A program made the position numbers and the translations under genes. 32,000 nt of DNA from positions 1,298,629 to 1,330,628 of the forward strand of contig NZ_CM001976.1 of NCBI RefSeq assembly GCF_000406145.1, in the 5' to 3' direction. This DNA comes from Dickeya dadantii NCPPB 898. Its GTDB lineage: Bacteria; Pseudomonadota; Gammaproteobacteria; Enterobacterales; Enterobacteriaceae. The notes under the pieces are model-generated. The model searched no databases. It was not told the origin of the DNA and saw nothing but the letters and a program-made list of their open reading frames with translations. Within the stretch, counting starts at the first letter, position 1; every line of letters begins with the position of its first letter. Of the stretch, positions 7,091-17,173 are shown piece after piece.

Positions 7091-7828
7091 TCAGGCCTTG
7101 TCAGCCGTGCTCAGCGGGTGTGGCACCCCTTGTTGCGACCAGTTCCACTCCAGCCACTCTTGCTGCTGGTAATCCAACAGATCCATAAACGCTTTCACCA
7201 TTACTGGCGCGGTTTCGGCTACCGTTGTGCCAGGAGCCTGTTCGCTGAGCTGAGTCATCGCCATACCGGCATAGCCGCAAGGGTTGATACGCAGAAAAGG
7301 GGACAGATCCATGGCAATGTTTAGCGCCAGCCCGTGAAATGAGCAGCCATGACGGATGCGCAGACCCAGTGAGCAGATTTTCCGTTCGCCGACGTAAACG
7401 CCAGGAGCGTCGGGGCGGGCATGAGCGTCAACGGCATAATGCGCCAGCGTATTGACGACGGTATTTTCGATAGCGGTCACCAACTGACGTACGCCAACTT
7501 TGCGACGCTTGATATCGATCAGCACATACATCACCTGCTGGCCGGGGCCATGATAGGTCACCTGACCGCCGCGATCGCTCTGAATTACCGGGATGTCACC
7601 GGGCATCAGGACATGTTCGGCTTTGCCTGCCTGACCCTGGGTGAAGACCGGCGGGTGCTGCACCAGCCACAATTCGTCGAAACTGTGGCCGTCCCGCTGT
7701 TCGGTGAAGGTGTGCATAGCCTGCGACACCGGCTCGTAAGGCTGCACGCCCAACTGGCGTACTATGATCGTGTCACGTACTCTGATCGTATCACGAACTA
7801 TGATCGTATCCTGTTGCAAGAGTGTCAT
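7091..7828 (-). CDS. lipB: Octanoyltransferase LipB (245 aa from the ATG at 7828)
   Basis: ...[21 protein letters not shown]...[15 protein letters not shown]...[13 protein letters not shown]...KICSLG is colinear with E. coli LipB. The N-terminus carries a triplicated hexapeptide (see the repeat feature). The ORF-track start at 7855 is a TTG, so I prefer the ATG at 7828. Confidence 0.9.
   Translation of the reverse strand: MTLLQQDTIIVRDTIRVRDTIIVRQLGVQPYEPVSQAMHTFTEQRDGHSFDELWLVQHPPVFTQGQAGKAEHVLMPGDIPVIQSDRGGQVTYHGPGQQVMYVLIDIKRRKVGVRQLVTAIENTVVNTLAHYAVDAHARPDAPGVYVGERKICSLGLRIRHGCSFHGLALNIAMDLSPFLRINPCGYAGMAMTQLSEQAPGTTVAETAPVMVKAFMDLLDYQQQEWLEWNWSQQGVPHPLSTADKA
7757..7810 (-). repeat. 3 x 18-bp in-frame tandem repeat inside the 5' end of lipB
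   Basis: The minus strand reads GATACGATCATAGTTCGT / GATACGATCAGAGTACGT / GACACGATCATAGTACGC, encoding [18 protein letters not shown]. Only the last copy corresponds to the conserved (D/K)xIxVRQLG N-terminus. Confidence 0.9.
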
Positions 7829-7938
7829 CGTCGGGTGAAGAAGGAATGAGCGCAATTATAGCGGGGTGATGCTACAGCGAATAGCGGTTTCCTCGCTTGT
7901 CTCCGCATTAGGGAGACAAGGTCAGAGAGCGGCGGGCG

Positions 7939-8202
7939 TTACAACACCACACGCACAATATCGATGTTACCCAGTTCTTCGTACAGCGTTTCCACCTGTT
8001 CGATATGGGTGGCGATAATGGTAATCGATACCGAATGGTAGTTGCCTTTGGTACTGGGCTTGATTTGCGGGTTATAGTCGCCGGGAGCATGGCGCTGAAC
8101 CACTTCCACAACCCGATCCACCAGCTCCGGTTTTGCCAACCCCATGACTTTGTAGGTAAATGAGCAGGGGAATTCAAGCAATTCGTTGAGTTTGGTTTTC
8201 AT
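7939..8202 (-). CDS. ybeD: DUF493 protein YbeD (87 aa)
   Basis: [43 protein letters not shown]...[22 protein letters not shown] is nearly identical to E. coli YbeD. The ATG at 8202 is preceded by a GGAG Shine-Dalgarno sequence. Confidence 0.9.
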   Translation of the reverse strand: MKTKLNELLEFPCSFTYKVMGLAKPELVDRVVEVVQRHAPGDYNPQIKPSTKGNYHSVSITIIATHIEQVETLYEELGNIDIVRVVL

Positions 8203-8228
8203 GGCGACTCCAGAGTCATTCATTAGTA

Positions 8229-8259
8229 CAAAATTATCACTCCCGCCGTAGCGGGAGTG
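8229..8259 (-). terminator. Probable terminator after dacA
   Basis: CACTCCCGC-(4-nt loop)-GCGGGAGTG forms a 9-bp stem at 8238-8259. On the minus strand it is followed by ATAATTTTG. It lies 77 nt downstream of the dacA stop. Confidence 0.5.
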
Positions 8260-8335
8260 TTAAGTATGACCGAAATCCTGTCGTTCGATCCTTAAGTGAG
8301 CAACATGAGGGCTATTGCTCAGGATTCAAGGGGGA

Positions 8336-9547
8336 TCAACTGAACCAGCGGTGGAACATCAGTTTGATGTAGTCGAACAGACGTCCGAAAATACCGCCTT
8401 CTTTGACTTCGTTCATTACTACCAGCGGGCGCTGATCGATCACTTTGCCATCCAACTGGAAGTTGATGCTGCCCACCACCTGATTTTTGGCCAGCGGCGC
8501 ATGCAGTTCCGTATTGGTCAGCACATAGCTGGCTTTCAGGTCTTTCATGCGGCCACGCGGGATGGTGATGTAGACATCTTTATCCACGCCCAGCGATACC
8601 CGGTCGTTGTCGCCGAACCACACCGGCTCGGATGCGAATTCTTTACCGGTTTTCAACGGCGCTACCGTTTCAAAGAAGCGGAAGCCCCAGGTCAGCAGTT
8701 TCTTGCTTTCGGTTTCACGGCCTTTGAAGGTGCGCCCGCCCATTACGGCGGAGATCAGGCGCATCTGACCTTCGGTGGCGGAGGCCACCAAATTATAGCC
8801 GGCAGACGCGGTGTGGCCGGTTTTGATGCCGTCAACGGCCAGGCTGCTATCCCACAACAGGCCGTTGCGGTTCATCTGGCGAATATTGTTGAAGGTAAAT
8901 TCTTTTTCTTTGTAGGTCGCGTACTCGTCCGGTACGTCGCGAATCAGCGCCTGACCAATCAGCGCCATATCGCGGGCTGAACTGTATTGCCCGTCAGCAT
9001 CCAGACCGTGAACCGTTTTGAAGTTGGTGTTCTGTAATCCCAACGCTTTAACGTAACCATTCATCAGGTTGACGAACGAATCCTGACTTCCTGCTACGTA
9101 GTCAGCCATCGCTACGCAGGCATCGTTACCGGACTGCAGAATAATCCCTTTATTCAGCAGATAAACCGGCACGCGATCGCCCGGTTTGAGGAACATCAGC
9201 GAAGAACCCTGAAAATCGGGGTTGCCGGTAGCCCAGGCATCTTTGCCGATAGTCACGACATCGTTCGGGCTGATTTTCCCGGATTTAATCGCCTGACCGA
9301 TGACGTAACTGGTCATCATCTTGGTCAGACTGGCTGGGTTGCGACGGGCGTCGGCGTTCTTTTCCGCCAGTACTTTACCCGAGTTGTAATCAATCAGGAT
9401 GTACGCTTCGGCATCAATATCCGGGACGGCAGGAATCATGGTTTTCAGATTAATGTCGTCTGCGTAGGCGAAAGTGGATGCACTGATGGCGAGCAACGTG
9501 CCGAGCGCAATACGTTTGGTAAAACAAGACGTGATTACTGTTTTCAT
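8336..9547 (-). CDS. dacA: D-alanyl-D-alanine carboxypeptidase DacA (PBP5, 403 aa)
   Basis: A signal peptide ends at ..FAYA|DD. The SLTK, SGN and KTG active-site motifs are present. Length and colinearity match E. coli PBP5. Confidence 0.95.
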   Translation of the reverse strand: MKTVITSCFTKRIALGTLLAISASTFAYADDINLKTMIPAVPDIDAEAYILIDYNSGKVLAEKNADARRNPASLTKMMTSYVIGQAIKSGKISPNDVVTIGKDAWATGNPDFQGSSLMFLKPGDRVPVYLLNKGIILQSGNDACVAMADYVAGSQDSFVNLMNGYVKALGLQNTNFKTVHGLDADGQYSSARDMALIGQALIRDVPDEYATYKEKEFTFNNIRQMNRNGLLWDSSLAVDGIKTGHTASAGYNLVASATEGQMRLISAVMGGRTFKGRETESKKLLTWGFRFFETVAPLKTGKEFASEPVWFGDNDRVSLGVDKDVYITIPRGRMKDLKASYVLTNTELHAPLAKNQVVGSINFQLDGKVIDQRPLVVMNEVKEGGIFGRLFDYIKLMFHRWFS

Positions 9548-9593
9548 GATTGGAACAACAACATCCGTGGGTATAAGTTAAAAAACGAGCCAC

Positions 9594-9602
9594 ACTATAA
9601 CA
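9594..9602 (-). promoter_or_regulatory. Candidate extended -10 promoter for dacA
   Basis: The minus strand reads TGTTATAGT (TGn + TATAGT) about 47 nt upstream of the dacA ATG. Confidence 0.3.
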
Positions 9603-9680
9603 GATGAAAATCGGGGCGGCACCAGACAATACGTTACGCGATTTTGCCGATCGCCGGGGCGGTATCGTTATCGCTCGTAC

Positions 9681-9711
9681 AAATAAGGAAAGAGGGAATT
9701 TATCCCTCTTT
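9681..9711 (-). terminator. Rho-independent terminator after rlpA
   Basis: AAAGAGGGA-(5-nt loop)-TCCCTCTTT forms a 9-bp stem at 9689-9711. On the minus strand it is followed by CCTTATTTG. It lies 15 nt downstream of the rlpA stop. Confidence 0.6.
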
Positions 9712-9725
9712 CGAGAGCGAATACG

Positions 9726-10889
9726 TTACTGCGCGCCGGACACCGTGGTGATAAATGACGGCTGTTGCGCTTCGCTGGAAAGGCGTTGTTGCAGGTCGGC
9801 AGCTTGCTGACGGCTCTGGAACGGCCCCAACTGGATGCGATATAAACCGTTATTCAGGGTGACTTTGCCAGGCACGCGGAAGCGCTCGTTCAGGCTTTTC
9901 AGCCAGGTTTGTGCTCGCTGCTGATCGCTCAGCGCGCCGACCTGCACCACGATGTTGCCGGAACCGGCAGGCACAGCCGGTTGCGACAGCGTGCGCGATG
10001 GCTGTACGGCGCCTGGCGCAGCCGCGACCGCAGGTGCAATCGCGGTGGCTCTGACTGGCGCAGCGGCAGGCGTTGGTTCCGAGCCTTCCAGCACTCCGCT
10101 GGGCAGTGGCTTGGGCGCGCCGAGGAAGCTGCCTCCGCTCGGGGTGCCGGCATTGCCGACAGATGGGTTGCCGCTAACGATATTGCCGGCACCATCACCT
10201 GCCGTCGGCGTCAACGTGGCATTGCTGATCGGCCGCACCGCGGCGGCAGTCGCCGGTGCGCTTTCCATCACCGGCGTTCCCAGCCCGCTGGAGCCCAGCG
10301 TCGGGCGCGACGGCAGGGCAAAGCTCTGTTTGGCGACACGGGTGCCGATGGTGCCGGGGCCGGAGAGCGAGCCATCCGGCGCCACGCTGATAAAGTCCAC
10401 CTTCACCTTGGTATTGTTGGACAGATTAAGGCGGTCTGCCGCGCCTTTGGTCAGATCGATGATTCTGCCCGGCGTATAAGGCCCGCGATCGTTGACGCGC
10501 ACCACCAGACGGCGACCGTTGCTGAGGTTGGTGACCCGCACATAGCTGGGAATCGGCAGCGCGGGGTGGGCGGCGGCCATGGCGTTGACGTCGAATTCTT
10601 CACCCGTCGCCGTGCGGTTACCGACCGATTCCCGATCGTGCCAGGCGGCAAACCCGCTTTCACTGAAATTCTCCGGGTTTTTGACAATACGGTAGGTTTT
10701 GCCGTTCATGCTGTAATCCTGCATGTTGGCGGGTTTGTACGGTTCGTAGCGCGGTTCCGCGCCGCCGATTTCTTCCACCGGGCCATTGTATGCCGTGGCC
10801 TGCGGTGAGGGCGACTGAGGCTGTTCCGTAACCGCGCAGCCTGCCAGCGCCAGGCCGATCGCGCCAATCCAAACCCAATCCTTACGCAT
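9726..10889 (-). CDS. rlpA: Septal-ring lytic transglycosylase lipoprotein RlpA (387 aa)
   Basis: Lipobox LALAGC is present. The DPBB core (...AAHPTLPIPSYVRVTNL.NGR..VVRVNDRGPY) is followed by an Ala/Pro/Gly-rich linker and a C-terminal SPOR-like domain (VQVGALSDQQRAQ...YRIQLGPF). Confidence 0.92.
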   Translation of the reverse strand: MRKDWVWIGAIGLALAGCAVTEQPQSPSPQATAYNGPVEEIGGAEPRYEPYKPANMQDYSMNGKTYRIVKNPENFSESGFAAWHDRESVGNRTATGEEFDVNAMAAAHPALPIPSYVRVTNLSNGRRLVVRVNDRGPYTPGRIIDLTKGAADRLNLSNNTKVKVDFISVAPDGSLSGPGTIGTRVAKQSFALPSRPTLGSSGLGTPVMESAPATAAAVRPISNATLTPTAGDGAGNIVSGNPSVGNAGTPSGGSFLGAPKPLPSGVLEGSEPTPAAAPVRATAIAPAVAAAPGAVQPSRTLSQPAVPAGSGNIVVQVGALSDQQRAQTWLKSLNERFRVPGKVTLNNGLYRIQLGPFQSRQQAADLQQRLSSEAQQPSFITTVSGAQ

Positions 10890-10898
10890 TGCCTACCC

Positions 10899-12011
10899 CT
10901 ATAAATTCTTGGATAACATTTTGCGGTGAGTGTGTATCGACATGACGATACCGAATCCCGCCATCAAGACGACCAGCGCCGAGCCGCCATAGCTGACCAA
11001 CGGCAGCGGCACCCCGACCACCGGCAGGATACCACTCACCATGCCGATGTTAACAAACACATACACGAAAAAGATTAGCATCAAGCCGCCGACCATCACC
11101 CGACCGAACGAGGTTTGCGCATTGGCGGCGATCACCAGGCCGCGCATGATCAGGAACAGGTATAGCGCCAGCAGGATCAGCACGCCGATCAGCCCCAGTT
11201 CTTCAGCCAGCACCGCGAAGATAAAGTCGGTATGGCGTTCCGGCAGGAACTCCAATTGAGACTGCGTGCCCTGTAACCAGCCTTTGCCAGTCAGGCCGCC
11301 GGAGCCGATGGCGATTTTCGACTGGATAATATGATAACCGGCGCCGAGCGGATCGGTTTCCGGGTCGAGCAGCATCATTACCCTGTCGCGCTGGTAGTCA
11401 TGCATCAGGAAGAACCACAAGACGGGAATGAACGCCGCTAGCAGAATGGCGGCAATGGCGATCAGCCGCCAGCTCATACCGGCGAGGAACAGCACGAACA
11501 GGCCGGAAGCGCAAATCAGGATGGCGGTGCCAAGGTCCGGCTGAGCAGCCACCAGTAGGGTGGGGGCGAACGTCAGCACCAGCGCGATGCCGGTGTTTTT
11601 CAGCGATGGCGGGCACATATCGCGGTTGATATAGCGGGCCACCATCAGCGGCACCGCGATTTTGGCGATTTCCGACGGCTGGAAGCGCACCACGCCCAAA
11701 TCGAGCCAGCGCTGCGCGCCTTTACTGATCTGGCCGAATACATCCACCATGACCAGCAGGATAAAACAGAAAATGTACAGATACGGCGCCCAGCCTTCAT
11801 AGACCCGCGGCGGGATTTGCGCCATGCCGATCATGACGATCAATCCCAGCACGCATTGAGCGATTTTGCGCTCCATCATGCCCGTGTCCTGTCCGCTGGC
11901 GCTCCACATGACGAACATGCTATAGCCCAGTAACGCCATTACACACAGAAGGAAAGGCAGATCAATGTGCATCTTGGTCCAGATTGAGCCTTTTTGTTGA
12001 CTGTCTGTCAT
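10899..12011 (-). CDS. rodA: Peptidoglycan glycosyltransferase RodA (MrdB, 370 aa)
   Basis: From [20 protein letters not shown] the protein is colinear with and the same length as E. coli RodA (SEDS family). The ORF-track N-terminal extension to 12113 overlaps mrdA and is rejected. Confidence 0.95.
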   Translation of the reverse strand: MTDSQQKGSIWTKMHIDLPFLLCVMALLGYSMFVMWSASGQDTGMMERKIAQCVLGLIVMIGMAQIPPRVYEGWAPYLYIFCFILLVMVDVFGQISKGAQRWLDLGVVRFQPSEIAKIAVPLMVARYINRDMCPPSLKNTGIALVLTFAPTLLVAAQPDLGTAILICASGLFVLFLAGMSWRLIAIAAILLAAFIPVLWFFLMHDYQRDRVMMLLDPETDPLGAGYHIIQSKIAIGSGGLTGKGWLQGTQSQLEFLPERHTDFIFAVLAEELGLIGVLILLALYLFLIMRGLVIAANAQTSFGRVMVGGLMLIFFVYVFVNIGMVSGILPVVGVPLPLVSYGGSALVVLMAGFGIVMSIHTHRKMLSKNL

Positions 12012-12018
12012 GGTGCCT

Positions 12019-13929
12019 CTACTCGGTTTCACTGCCCGGCGGCGACGGCGGCGCGTCCGGCAGGTTGGTATTATTGTCGCCCAGTATGATGTGGTCGAGT
12101 ATCTGCCGCACAATGCTCCCGACGGCCGGCCCGGCGCCGCCGTTTTCCAGAATGATGGACATGGCGACTTTCGGGTTGTTATAAGGCGCGAAGGCGGTCA
12201 TCAGTTTGTGGTCGCGCAGCCGTTCGGCAATCCGGTTGGCGTTATAGGTTTCGTTTTCCTTCAGGCCGAATACCTGTGCCGTCCCTGACTTGGCCGCAAT
12301 CTTATACGGCGCGTCGGCAAAGAATTTGTGGGCGGTACCGTTCTGGCGGTTGGCGACGCCGTACATACCGTCTTTGACGATCCCCCAGTAACCGGAGCGA
12401 ATATCGCCGATCTGCTGGTGTTCCTGCTGGCGGTACGGCACCTGAGTATTGTTTTCCTGCGTACTGCTCAGCAGGTGAGGTGCTTTTACCTGACCATCGT
12501 TGATCAAGGTGGTCAGCGCTTTCAGCATCTGAATCGGCGTGGCGGTCCAGTAACCCTGACCGATGCCGACAGGAATGGTATCCCCCTGATACCACGGCTT
12601 TTTATAGCGCTTCATTTTCCATTCCCGCGTCGGCATGATGCCCGGACTCTCTTCCTTGTCGGACAAATCGATGCCTGTCCGGTGCCCGTAACCGAACTTA
12701 CCCATCCACTCAGACAGGCGGTCAATCCCCATATCATAGGCGACCTGATAGAAGAAGGTATCCGCGGATTCTTCCAGCGATTTGGTTAGATTCAGGCGGC
12801 CATGTCCCCATTTTTTCCAGTCGCGAAAGCGTTTCTCCGAACCGGGCAACTGCCACCAGCCAGGGTCGAACAGCGAGGTATAAGGAGTAATGACATTGGC
12901 ACTCAGCGCGGAAACCGCAATATAAGGTTTGACGGTGGACGCAGGCGGGTAAACCCCTTGCGTCGCGCGGTTGATTAACGGCCGATTGGGGTCATTCAGC
13001 AAAGCGTGGTACGTCTTACTGGAAATGCCGTCCACAAACAGGTTCGGGTCGTAGCTGGGGGTGGAAACCATCGCCAGAATGGAGGCGTCTTTCGGGTCGG
13101 TCACCACCACGGCGGCGCGGCTGCCGGCCAGCAGTTTTTCGATATAGAGCTGGAGGTTGAGGTCCAGCGTCAGATAGATATCTTTGCCGGCTTGCGGCGG
13201 TTGTTCATGCAATTGGCGAATCACGCGCCCGCGGTTATTGACTTCCACTTCCTCGTAGCCCGGTTTGCCGTGCAGCACATCTTCGTAATAGCGCTCAATG
13301 CCGAGCTTGCCGATATCGTGGGTTGCCGCGTAGTCCGGCAGCTTGCCTTCCTGGTCCAGTCTTTCCAGATCTTTGTCGTTGATTTTGGAGACATAGCCAA
13401 TGACGTGGGTCAGCGCGGCGCCATACGGATAGTAACGGCGCTGGTAGCCTTTGACTTCCACGCCGGGAAAACGGTACTGATTGACGGCGAAGCTGGCTAC
13501 CTGTACTTCGTTCAAGCCGGTTTTGACCGGGATGGACGTGAAGCGACGCGAGCGCTTACGCTCTTTTCTGAAGTTATCAATGTCTTCATCGGTCAGGTCA
13601 ATGATCGATTTGAGAGCCTGCAGCGTCTCTTCCAGATTGTTGACCTTTTCGGGAATCAGTTCCAACTGGTAAATCGTGCGGTTGAGCGCCAGCGGGGTGC
13701 CGTTGCGGTCATAAATGATGCCGCGGCTCGGGGCAATCGGCACCAGTTTGATGCGGTTTTCATTCGAACGGGTACGATAATCGTCAAAACGTGAAACCTG
13801 CAGGTGGTATAGATTGGCCACCAGAATACCGCTCAGCAGCAAAATGCCCAGGAACGCGACCAGCGCCCGGCGTACGAACAGGGCTGCCTCAGCCGTATAG
13901 TCACGAAAGGGTTTACGTTCTATATTCAT
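12019..13929 (-). CDS. mrdA: Penicillin-binding protein 2 (MrdA, elongasome transpeptidase, 636 aa)
   Basis: STVK and KSGT motifs are present. The protein is colinear with E. coli PBP2 throughout. Confidence 0.96.
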   Translation of the reverse strand: MNIERKPFRDYTAEAALFVRRALVAFLGILLLSGILVANLYHLQVSRFDDYRTRSNENRIKLVPIAPSRGIIYDRNGTPLALNRTIYQLELIPEKVNNLEETLQALKSIIDLTDEDIDNFRKERKRSRRFTSIPVKTGLNEVQVASFAVNQYRFPGVEVKGYQRRYYPYGAALTHVIGYVSKINDKDLERLDQEGKLPDYAATHDIGKLGIERYYEDVLHGKPGYEEVEVNNRGRVIRQLHEQPPQAGKDIYLTLDLNLQLYIEKLLAGSRAAVVVTDPKDASILAMVSTPSYDPNLFVDGISSKTYHALLNDPNRPLINRATQGVYPPASTVKPYIAVSALSANVITPYTSLFDPGWWQLPGSEKRFRDWKKWGHGRLNLTKSLEESADTFFYQVAYDMGIDRLSEWMGKFGYGHRTGIDLSDKEESPGIMPTREWKMKRYKKPWYQGDTIPVGIGQGYWTATPIQMLKALTTLINDGQVKAPHLLSSTQENNTQVPYRQQEHQQIGDIRSGYWGIVKDGMYGVANRQNGTAHKFFADAPYKIAAKSGTAQVFGLKENETYNANRIAERLRDHKLMTAFAPYNNPKVAMSIILENGGAGPAVGSIVRQILDHIILGDNNTNLPDAPPSPPGSETE

Positions 13930-13965
13930 CCAGCGATTGCTACTTCACAGGGTTCATCGTTCGCC

Positions 13966-14436
13966 TTACTCCCGATGGTAAGGATGATTGGTGGTAATAC
14001 TCCAGGCACGGTACAGACTCTCCGCCACCAGCACGCGCACCAGCGGGTGCGGCAGCGTCAGCGGCGACAGCGACCAGCTTTGCTCCGCCGCGGCTTTGCA
14101 TTGCGGCGCCAGCCCTTCCGGGCCGCCAATCAGCAGGCTGATATCGCGTCCGTCCTGTTTCCAGCGTTCCAGTTGCTGCGCCAGCTGCGGCGTTTCCCAA
14201 CGCGAACCGGGAATATCCAGCGTCACGATCCGGTTGCCTTTGCCTACGGCGGCCAGCATCAGTTCGCCTTCTCGTTCCAAAATCCGTTTGATATCGGCGT
14301 TCTTGCCGCGCTTACCCGCCGGAATTTCCACCAGTTCAAACGGCATATCTTTGGGGAAACGGCGAAGGTAGTCGGTAAAGCCGGTCTGCACCCAGTCGGG
14401 CATTTTGGTGCCAACGGCGACCAGTTGCAGCTTCAT
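13966..14436 (-). CDS. rlmH: 23S rRNA (pseudouridine1915-N3)-methyltransferase RlmH (156 aa)
   Basis: [50 protein letters not shown] matches the SPOUT protein YbeA/RlmH. Its position after rsfS is as in E. coli. Confidence 0.95.
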   Translation of the reverse strand: MKLQLVAVGTKMPDWVQTGFTDYLRRFPKDMPFELVEIPAGKRGKNADIKRILEREGELMLAAVGKGNRIVTLDIPGSRWETPQLAQQLERWKQDGRDISLLIGGPEGLAPQCKAAAEQSWSLSPLTLPHPLVRVLVAESLYRAWSITTNHPYHRE

Positions 14437-14437
14437 A

Positions 14438-14755
14438 TCAGCCCCAGAGTTTTTCCAGTTCGTACAGGTGACGGCTCTCTTCCTGCATCACATGGACGAT
14501 CACGTCGCCGAGATCGACCACGACCCAGTCGGCGTCGTTTTCCCCTTCAACGCCCAACGGCATCAGCCCGGCGGCGCGGGATTCCTGCACAACGTGATCG
14601 GCGATGGAGGTGACATGACGGCTGGATGTGCCGGTACAAATAATCATGCAGTCAGTGATACTGGATTTCCCTTTTACATTGAGGGCAACGATATCCTGAC
14701 CTTTCAAATCGTCAAGTTTATCAATAACGAAATCTTGGAGTGCTTGGCCTTGCAA
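14438..14755 (-). CDS. rsfS: Ribosomal silencing factor RsfS (YbeB, 105 aa) with a TTG start
   Basis: (M)[47 protein letters not shown]... is colinear with 105-aa E. coli RsfS. The aligned first codon is TTG (14755-14753), preceded by an AAGGGGG Shine-Dalgarno sequence. The ORF-track extension to 14830 has no homology support. Confidence 0.88.
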   Translation of the reverse strand: MQGQALQDFVIDKLDDLKGQDIVALNVKGKSSITDCMIICTGTSSRHVTSIADHVVQESRAAGLMPLGVEGENDADWVVVDLGDVIVHVMQEESRHLYELEKLWG

Positions 14756-14872
14756 AGGTTCCCCCTTTGATGAATGGTTAATCTGTCGGTTATGTGGGCT
14801 GGGCTGGCGTCGGTGAATTCGCCGTTTCACCGTGACGGCAAGTGGTTTTCCCGTAGCCGAAACCAGCGGCGG

Positions 14873-14881
14873 AGTATATCA
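14873..14881 (-). promoter_or_regulatory. Candidate extended -10 promoter for the rsfS-rlmH-mrdA-rodA-rlpA operon
   Basis: The minus strand reads TGATATACT (TGn + TATACT) in the 157-nt nadD-rsfS spacer, about 120 nt upstream of the rsfS TTG. Confidence 0.3.
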
Positions 14882-14912
14882 CGGCCTTATAATGAGTGGT
14901 ATCAACGCATGA

Positions 14913-15587
14913 CTATCGATAGAGTCCGTGTGTGTCAATATACTTCAGCACACTTTCGGGCAGCAGATCGTGACAATCGAGGCCTTGTTGCCGGCGATGG
15001 CGGATATCGGTGGCGGAAATCGGCAGCAGAGGGGTATGGGCGAGGTAAATCAGCCCGTGACAGCGGCGGTGCAACGTGGCGACATCGTGGGTCTGGTGCG
15101 CCGTCAGCCAGGCTTCCAGCTCGGCGGTATCCAACTGCTGATGGTAACCGGGGCGAGCGCAGACCAGCAGATGGCAGTAATCCAGAATTTCCTGCCAGCG
15201 ATGCCAGCGATGCAGCGTCAACAGCGAGTCTTGCCCGATAATGAACGCCAGCGGCGCGTCGGCGCCTTTCTCGGCACGTAGCGCTTCCAGCGTTTCAATG
15301 GTGTAGGACGGCGTGGCGCGCTGCAGCTCACGATCGTCGATGTGAAACAGCGGATTGTCGCGTACCGCCAGCTCAACCATGGTCTTGCGCTGGCTGGCGC
15401 TGGCTTCCGGCTGCTCACGGTGCGGCGGGACGTTGTTGGGCAGCAGAATGACCCGTTGCAGCCCGATGTCCTGCGCCAGCGCGGCGACCGGGCGCAAATG
15501 CCCGTAGTGAATCGGGTCAAAGGTGCCGCCAAAGTAGGCGGTCAGGGGCTGGGTGACCGGGGGTGTCGACAAATCGCTATACCTCAA
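14913..15587 (-). CDS. nadD: Nicotinate-nucleotide adenylyltransferase NadD
   Basis: [11 protein letters not shown] (the (H/T)xGH motif) and ISATDIR are present, and the protein is colinear with E. coli NadD. There is no in-frame ATG near the N-terminus. The start is TTG at 15587 (overlapping the holA stop by 11 nt) or TTG at 15572 (GAGG 9 nt upstream). The 5' end is uncertain by 15 nt. Confidence 0.88.
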   Translation of the reverse strand: MRYSDLSTPPVTQPLTAYFGGTFDPIHYGHLRPVAALAQDIGLQRVILLPNNVPPHREQPEASASQRKTMVELAVRDNPLFHIDDRELQRATPSYTIETLEALRAEKGADAPLAFIIGQDSLLTLHRWHRWQEILDYCHLLVCARPGYHQQLDTAELEAWLTAHQTHDVATLHRRCHGLIYLAHTPLLPISATDIRHRRQQGLDCHDLLPESVLKYIDTHGLYR

Positions 15588-16608
15588 GCAGGCCGTCAGG
15601 CAGCGCTTTACCGCACAGAATCATCGACAGCGTTTCCAGTTCGGCCCAGACCGGTTGTCCGTAATTCTGTTTCAGGGTGATCTCCAACCGGCTCAGCAGG
15701 GTAATAGCCTGCTGCAACTGCGTCAGCGACAGGCGTTGCAACGCCTGCGTCAACAGCGGGCGCCGGTTTTGCCACACTTTGTGCTGGTCAAGCAGGGTGC
15801 GCAGCGGCGTGGTCGCCATACGTCGTTTTAACTGTAGCAGCAGCAGCAATTCCCGCTGTACGGTGCGCAGCAGGATGACCGGCTCGCACTCTTCCAGCCG
15901 CAACTGCTGCAAAATGTGCCACGCGCGTTTGCTTTTGCCGCCCAGCAGCGCATCCAGCCAGTGGAACGGCGTGAAATGCGCGGCATCGTTGACCGCCTGC
16001 TCGACCCGCGGCAGCGTCAGCTTGCCGTCCGGATACAGCAGCGACAGCCGTTCCAGCGCTTGCACCAACGCCAGCAGATTCCCTTCATAGCAATAGCAAA
16101 TCAACTGGCTGGCGGCGTCATCCAGTTCCAGCTTCATGTTTTTAGCCCGGTGCGCTACCCAGCGGGGGAGTTGTTCCTGTTCGGGCGTCATGCAGGGAAC
16201 GTACACGCCCTGTTGCGACAACGCTTTGAACCAGGCGCTGTTTTCCTGCGCTTTGGTGAGTTTGTTGCCCCTGACCATCAACAAAATGTCGGGATGCAGC
16301 AAGGTGGAGAGTTTGACCAGTTGCTCGCCGCCGGGGGCGCCGGGACCGGCGTCCGGCAGAATCAGCAGCAGGGTTTGACGGGAGGCGAACAGGCTGAGCG
16401 CCTGACAGGTGGAAAAAATGGTGTCCCAGTCGGTGTTGTTATCCAGCGTGAAACTGAAATGTTCCAGAAAATCCTGCTGACGGGCGATAGTGCGGATCTG
16501 ATCCTGACTCTCCTGCAGCAATAAGGGTTCATTGCCGAACAGCAGATAACAGCCGCGCAGCCCCTCATGGAGCTGCGCGGTCAGTTGTTCCGGATAGATC
16601 CGAATCAT
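15577..16608 (-). CDS. holA: DNA polymerase III delta subunit HolA (343 aa)
   Basis: [36 protein letters not shown]... is colinear with and the same length as E. coli HolA. Its ATG overlaps the lptE TGA as ATGA. Confidence 0.93.
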   Translation of the reverse strand: MIRIYPEQLTAQLHEGLRGCYLLFGNEPLLLQESQDQIRTIARQQDFLEHFSFTLDNNTDWDTIFSTCQALSLFASRQTLLLILPDAGPGAPGGEQLVKLSTLLHPDILLMVRGNKLTKAQENSAWFKALSQQGVYVPCMTPEQEQLPRWVAHRAKNMKLELDDAASQLICYCYEGNLLALVQALERLSLLYPDGKLTLPRVEQAVNDAAHFTPFHWLDALLGGKSKRAWHILQQLRLEECEPVILLRTVQRELLLLLQLKRRMATTPLRTLLDQHKVWQNRRPLLTQALQRLSLTQLQQAITLLSRLEITLKQNYGQPVWAELETLSMILCGKALPDGLLEV

Positions 16609-17159
16609 GGGCGTGCCGGTGCGGATGTAGCGGCCTGCGCCTTCTGCTTGATTTTCGCGTTCTGACTTCCTTTGATCGTCAGTAGTTTTCGTACCAACTG
16701 CTGGGCTGCCTGGTCACGCATTTCACGCAACACGAGATCCTGCTCGGCGTCTTTAGCCAGAGCGGCAAGCGGGTTATCGAAGAAGGAGCGGAAAATCGTC
16801 ACGCTGAGCGGATAAATGTCATCACCCGGAATCAGCACCTGCGCCTTCACTTCCAGTACCAACTGGTATTCGGCTGTTTTCCCATCCTGGAAAATCGATA
16901 CGGTGTTGCGGACCAGATGGTCTCCCATAAAGCGGAAGGACGGCAGATCCTTCCGTTCGGTGTTTTCCATGATGTTGACGTTATTGAGACGCAACTGTTC
17001 ACGGATGGCTCGCGTCATCGGGCCGTAGGGGTCGCCGCTGTCCAGAATCAGATTATGCAGTTGCTCCGGCATCTGAGTGGTGCCGCGCAGATGAAAGCCG
17101 CAGCCGGCGGTCATCAAGACCACCAGCCCCAGCACCAGCGTTAAAAACGGGTGTCGCAC
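16605..17159 (-). CDS. lptE: LPS-assembly lipoprotein LptE (RlpB, 184 aa) with a GTG start
   Basis: Lipobox LMTAGC is followed by GFHLRG, and the protein is colinear with E. coli LptE. The first codon is GTG (17159-17157), 4 nt after a perfect AGGAGG at 17169-17164. Confidence 0.9.
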   Translation of the reverse strand: MRHPFLTLVLGLVVLMTAGCGFHLRGTTQMPEQLHNLILDSGDPYGPMTRAIREQLRLNNVNIMENTERKDLPSFRFMGDHLVRNTVSIFQDGKTAEYQLVLEVKAQVLIPGDDIYPLSVTIFRSFFDNPLAALAKDAEQDLVLREMRDQAAQQLVRKLLTIKGSQNAKIKQKAQAATSAPARP

Positions 17160-17173
17160 AGTACCTCCTTGCC

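Noticed and set aside
7896-7920. A perfect 9-bp hairpin, CTTGTCTCC-N7-GGAGACAAG, between ybeD and lipB.
   Set aside because: It has no U-tract on either strand. It is probably an mRNA-stabilising or processing stem within the ybeD-lipB transcript, and I cannot support any specific function.
6017-15680. Other plus-strand shadow ORFs, including 6017-6778, 8315-8980, 9909-10808, 9952-10479, 13006-13794, 13975-14613 and 15342-15680. The same pattern recurs later at 22678-23472 and 24283-25071.
   Set aside because: Each lies fully inside a well-supported minus-strand gene (lipA, dacA, rlpA, mrdA, rlmH, nadD/holA, gltI, lnt). The rlpA-antisense ORFs simply mirror its Ala/Pro/Gly-rich linker.
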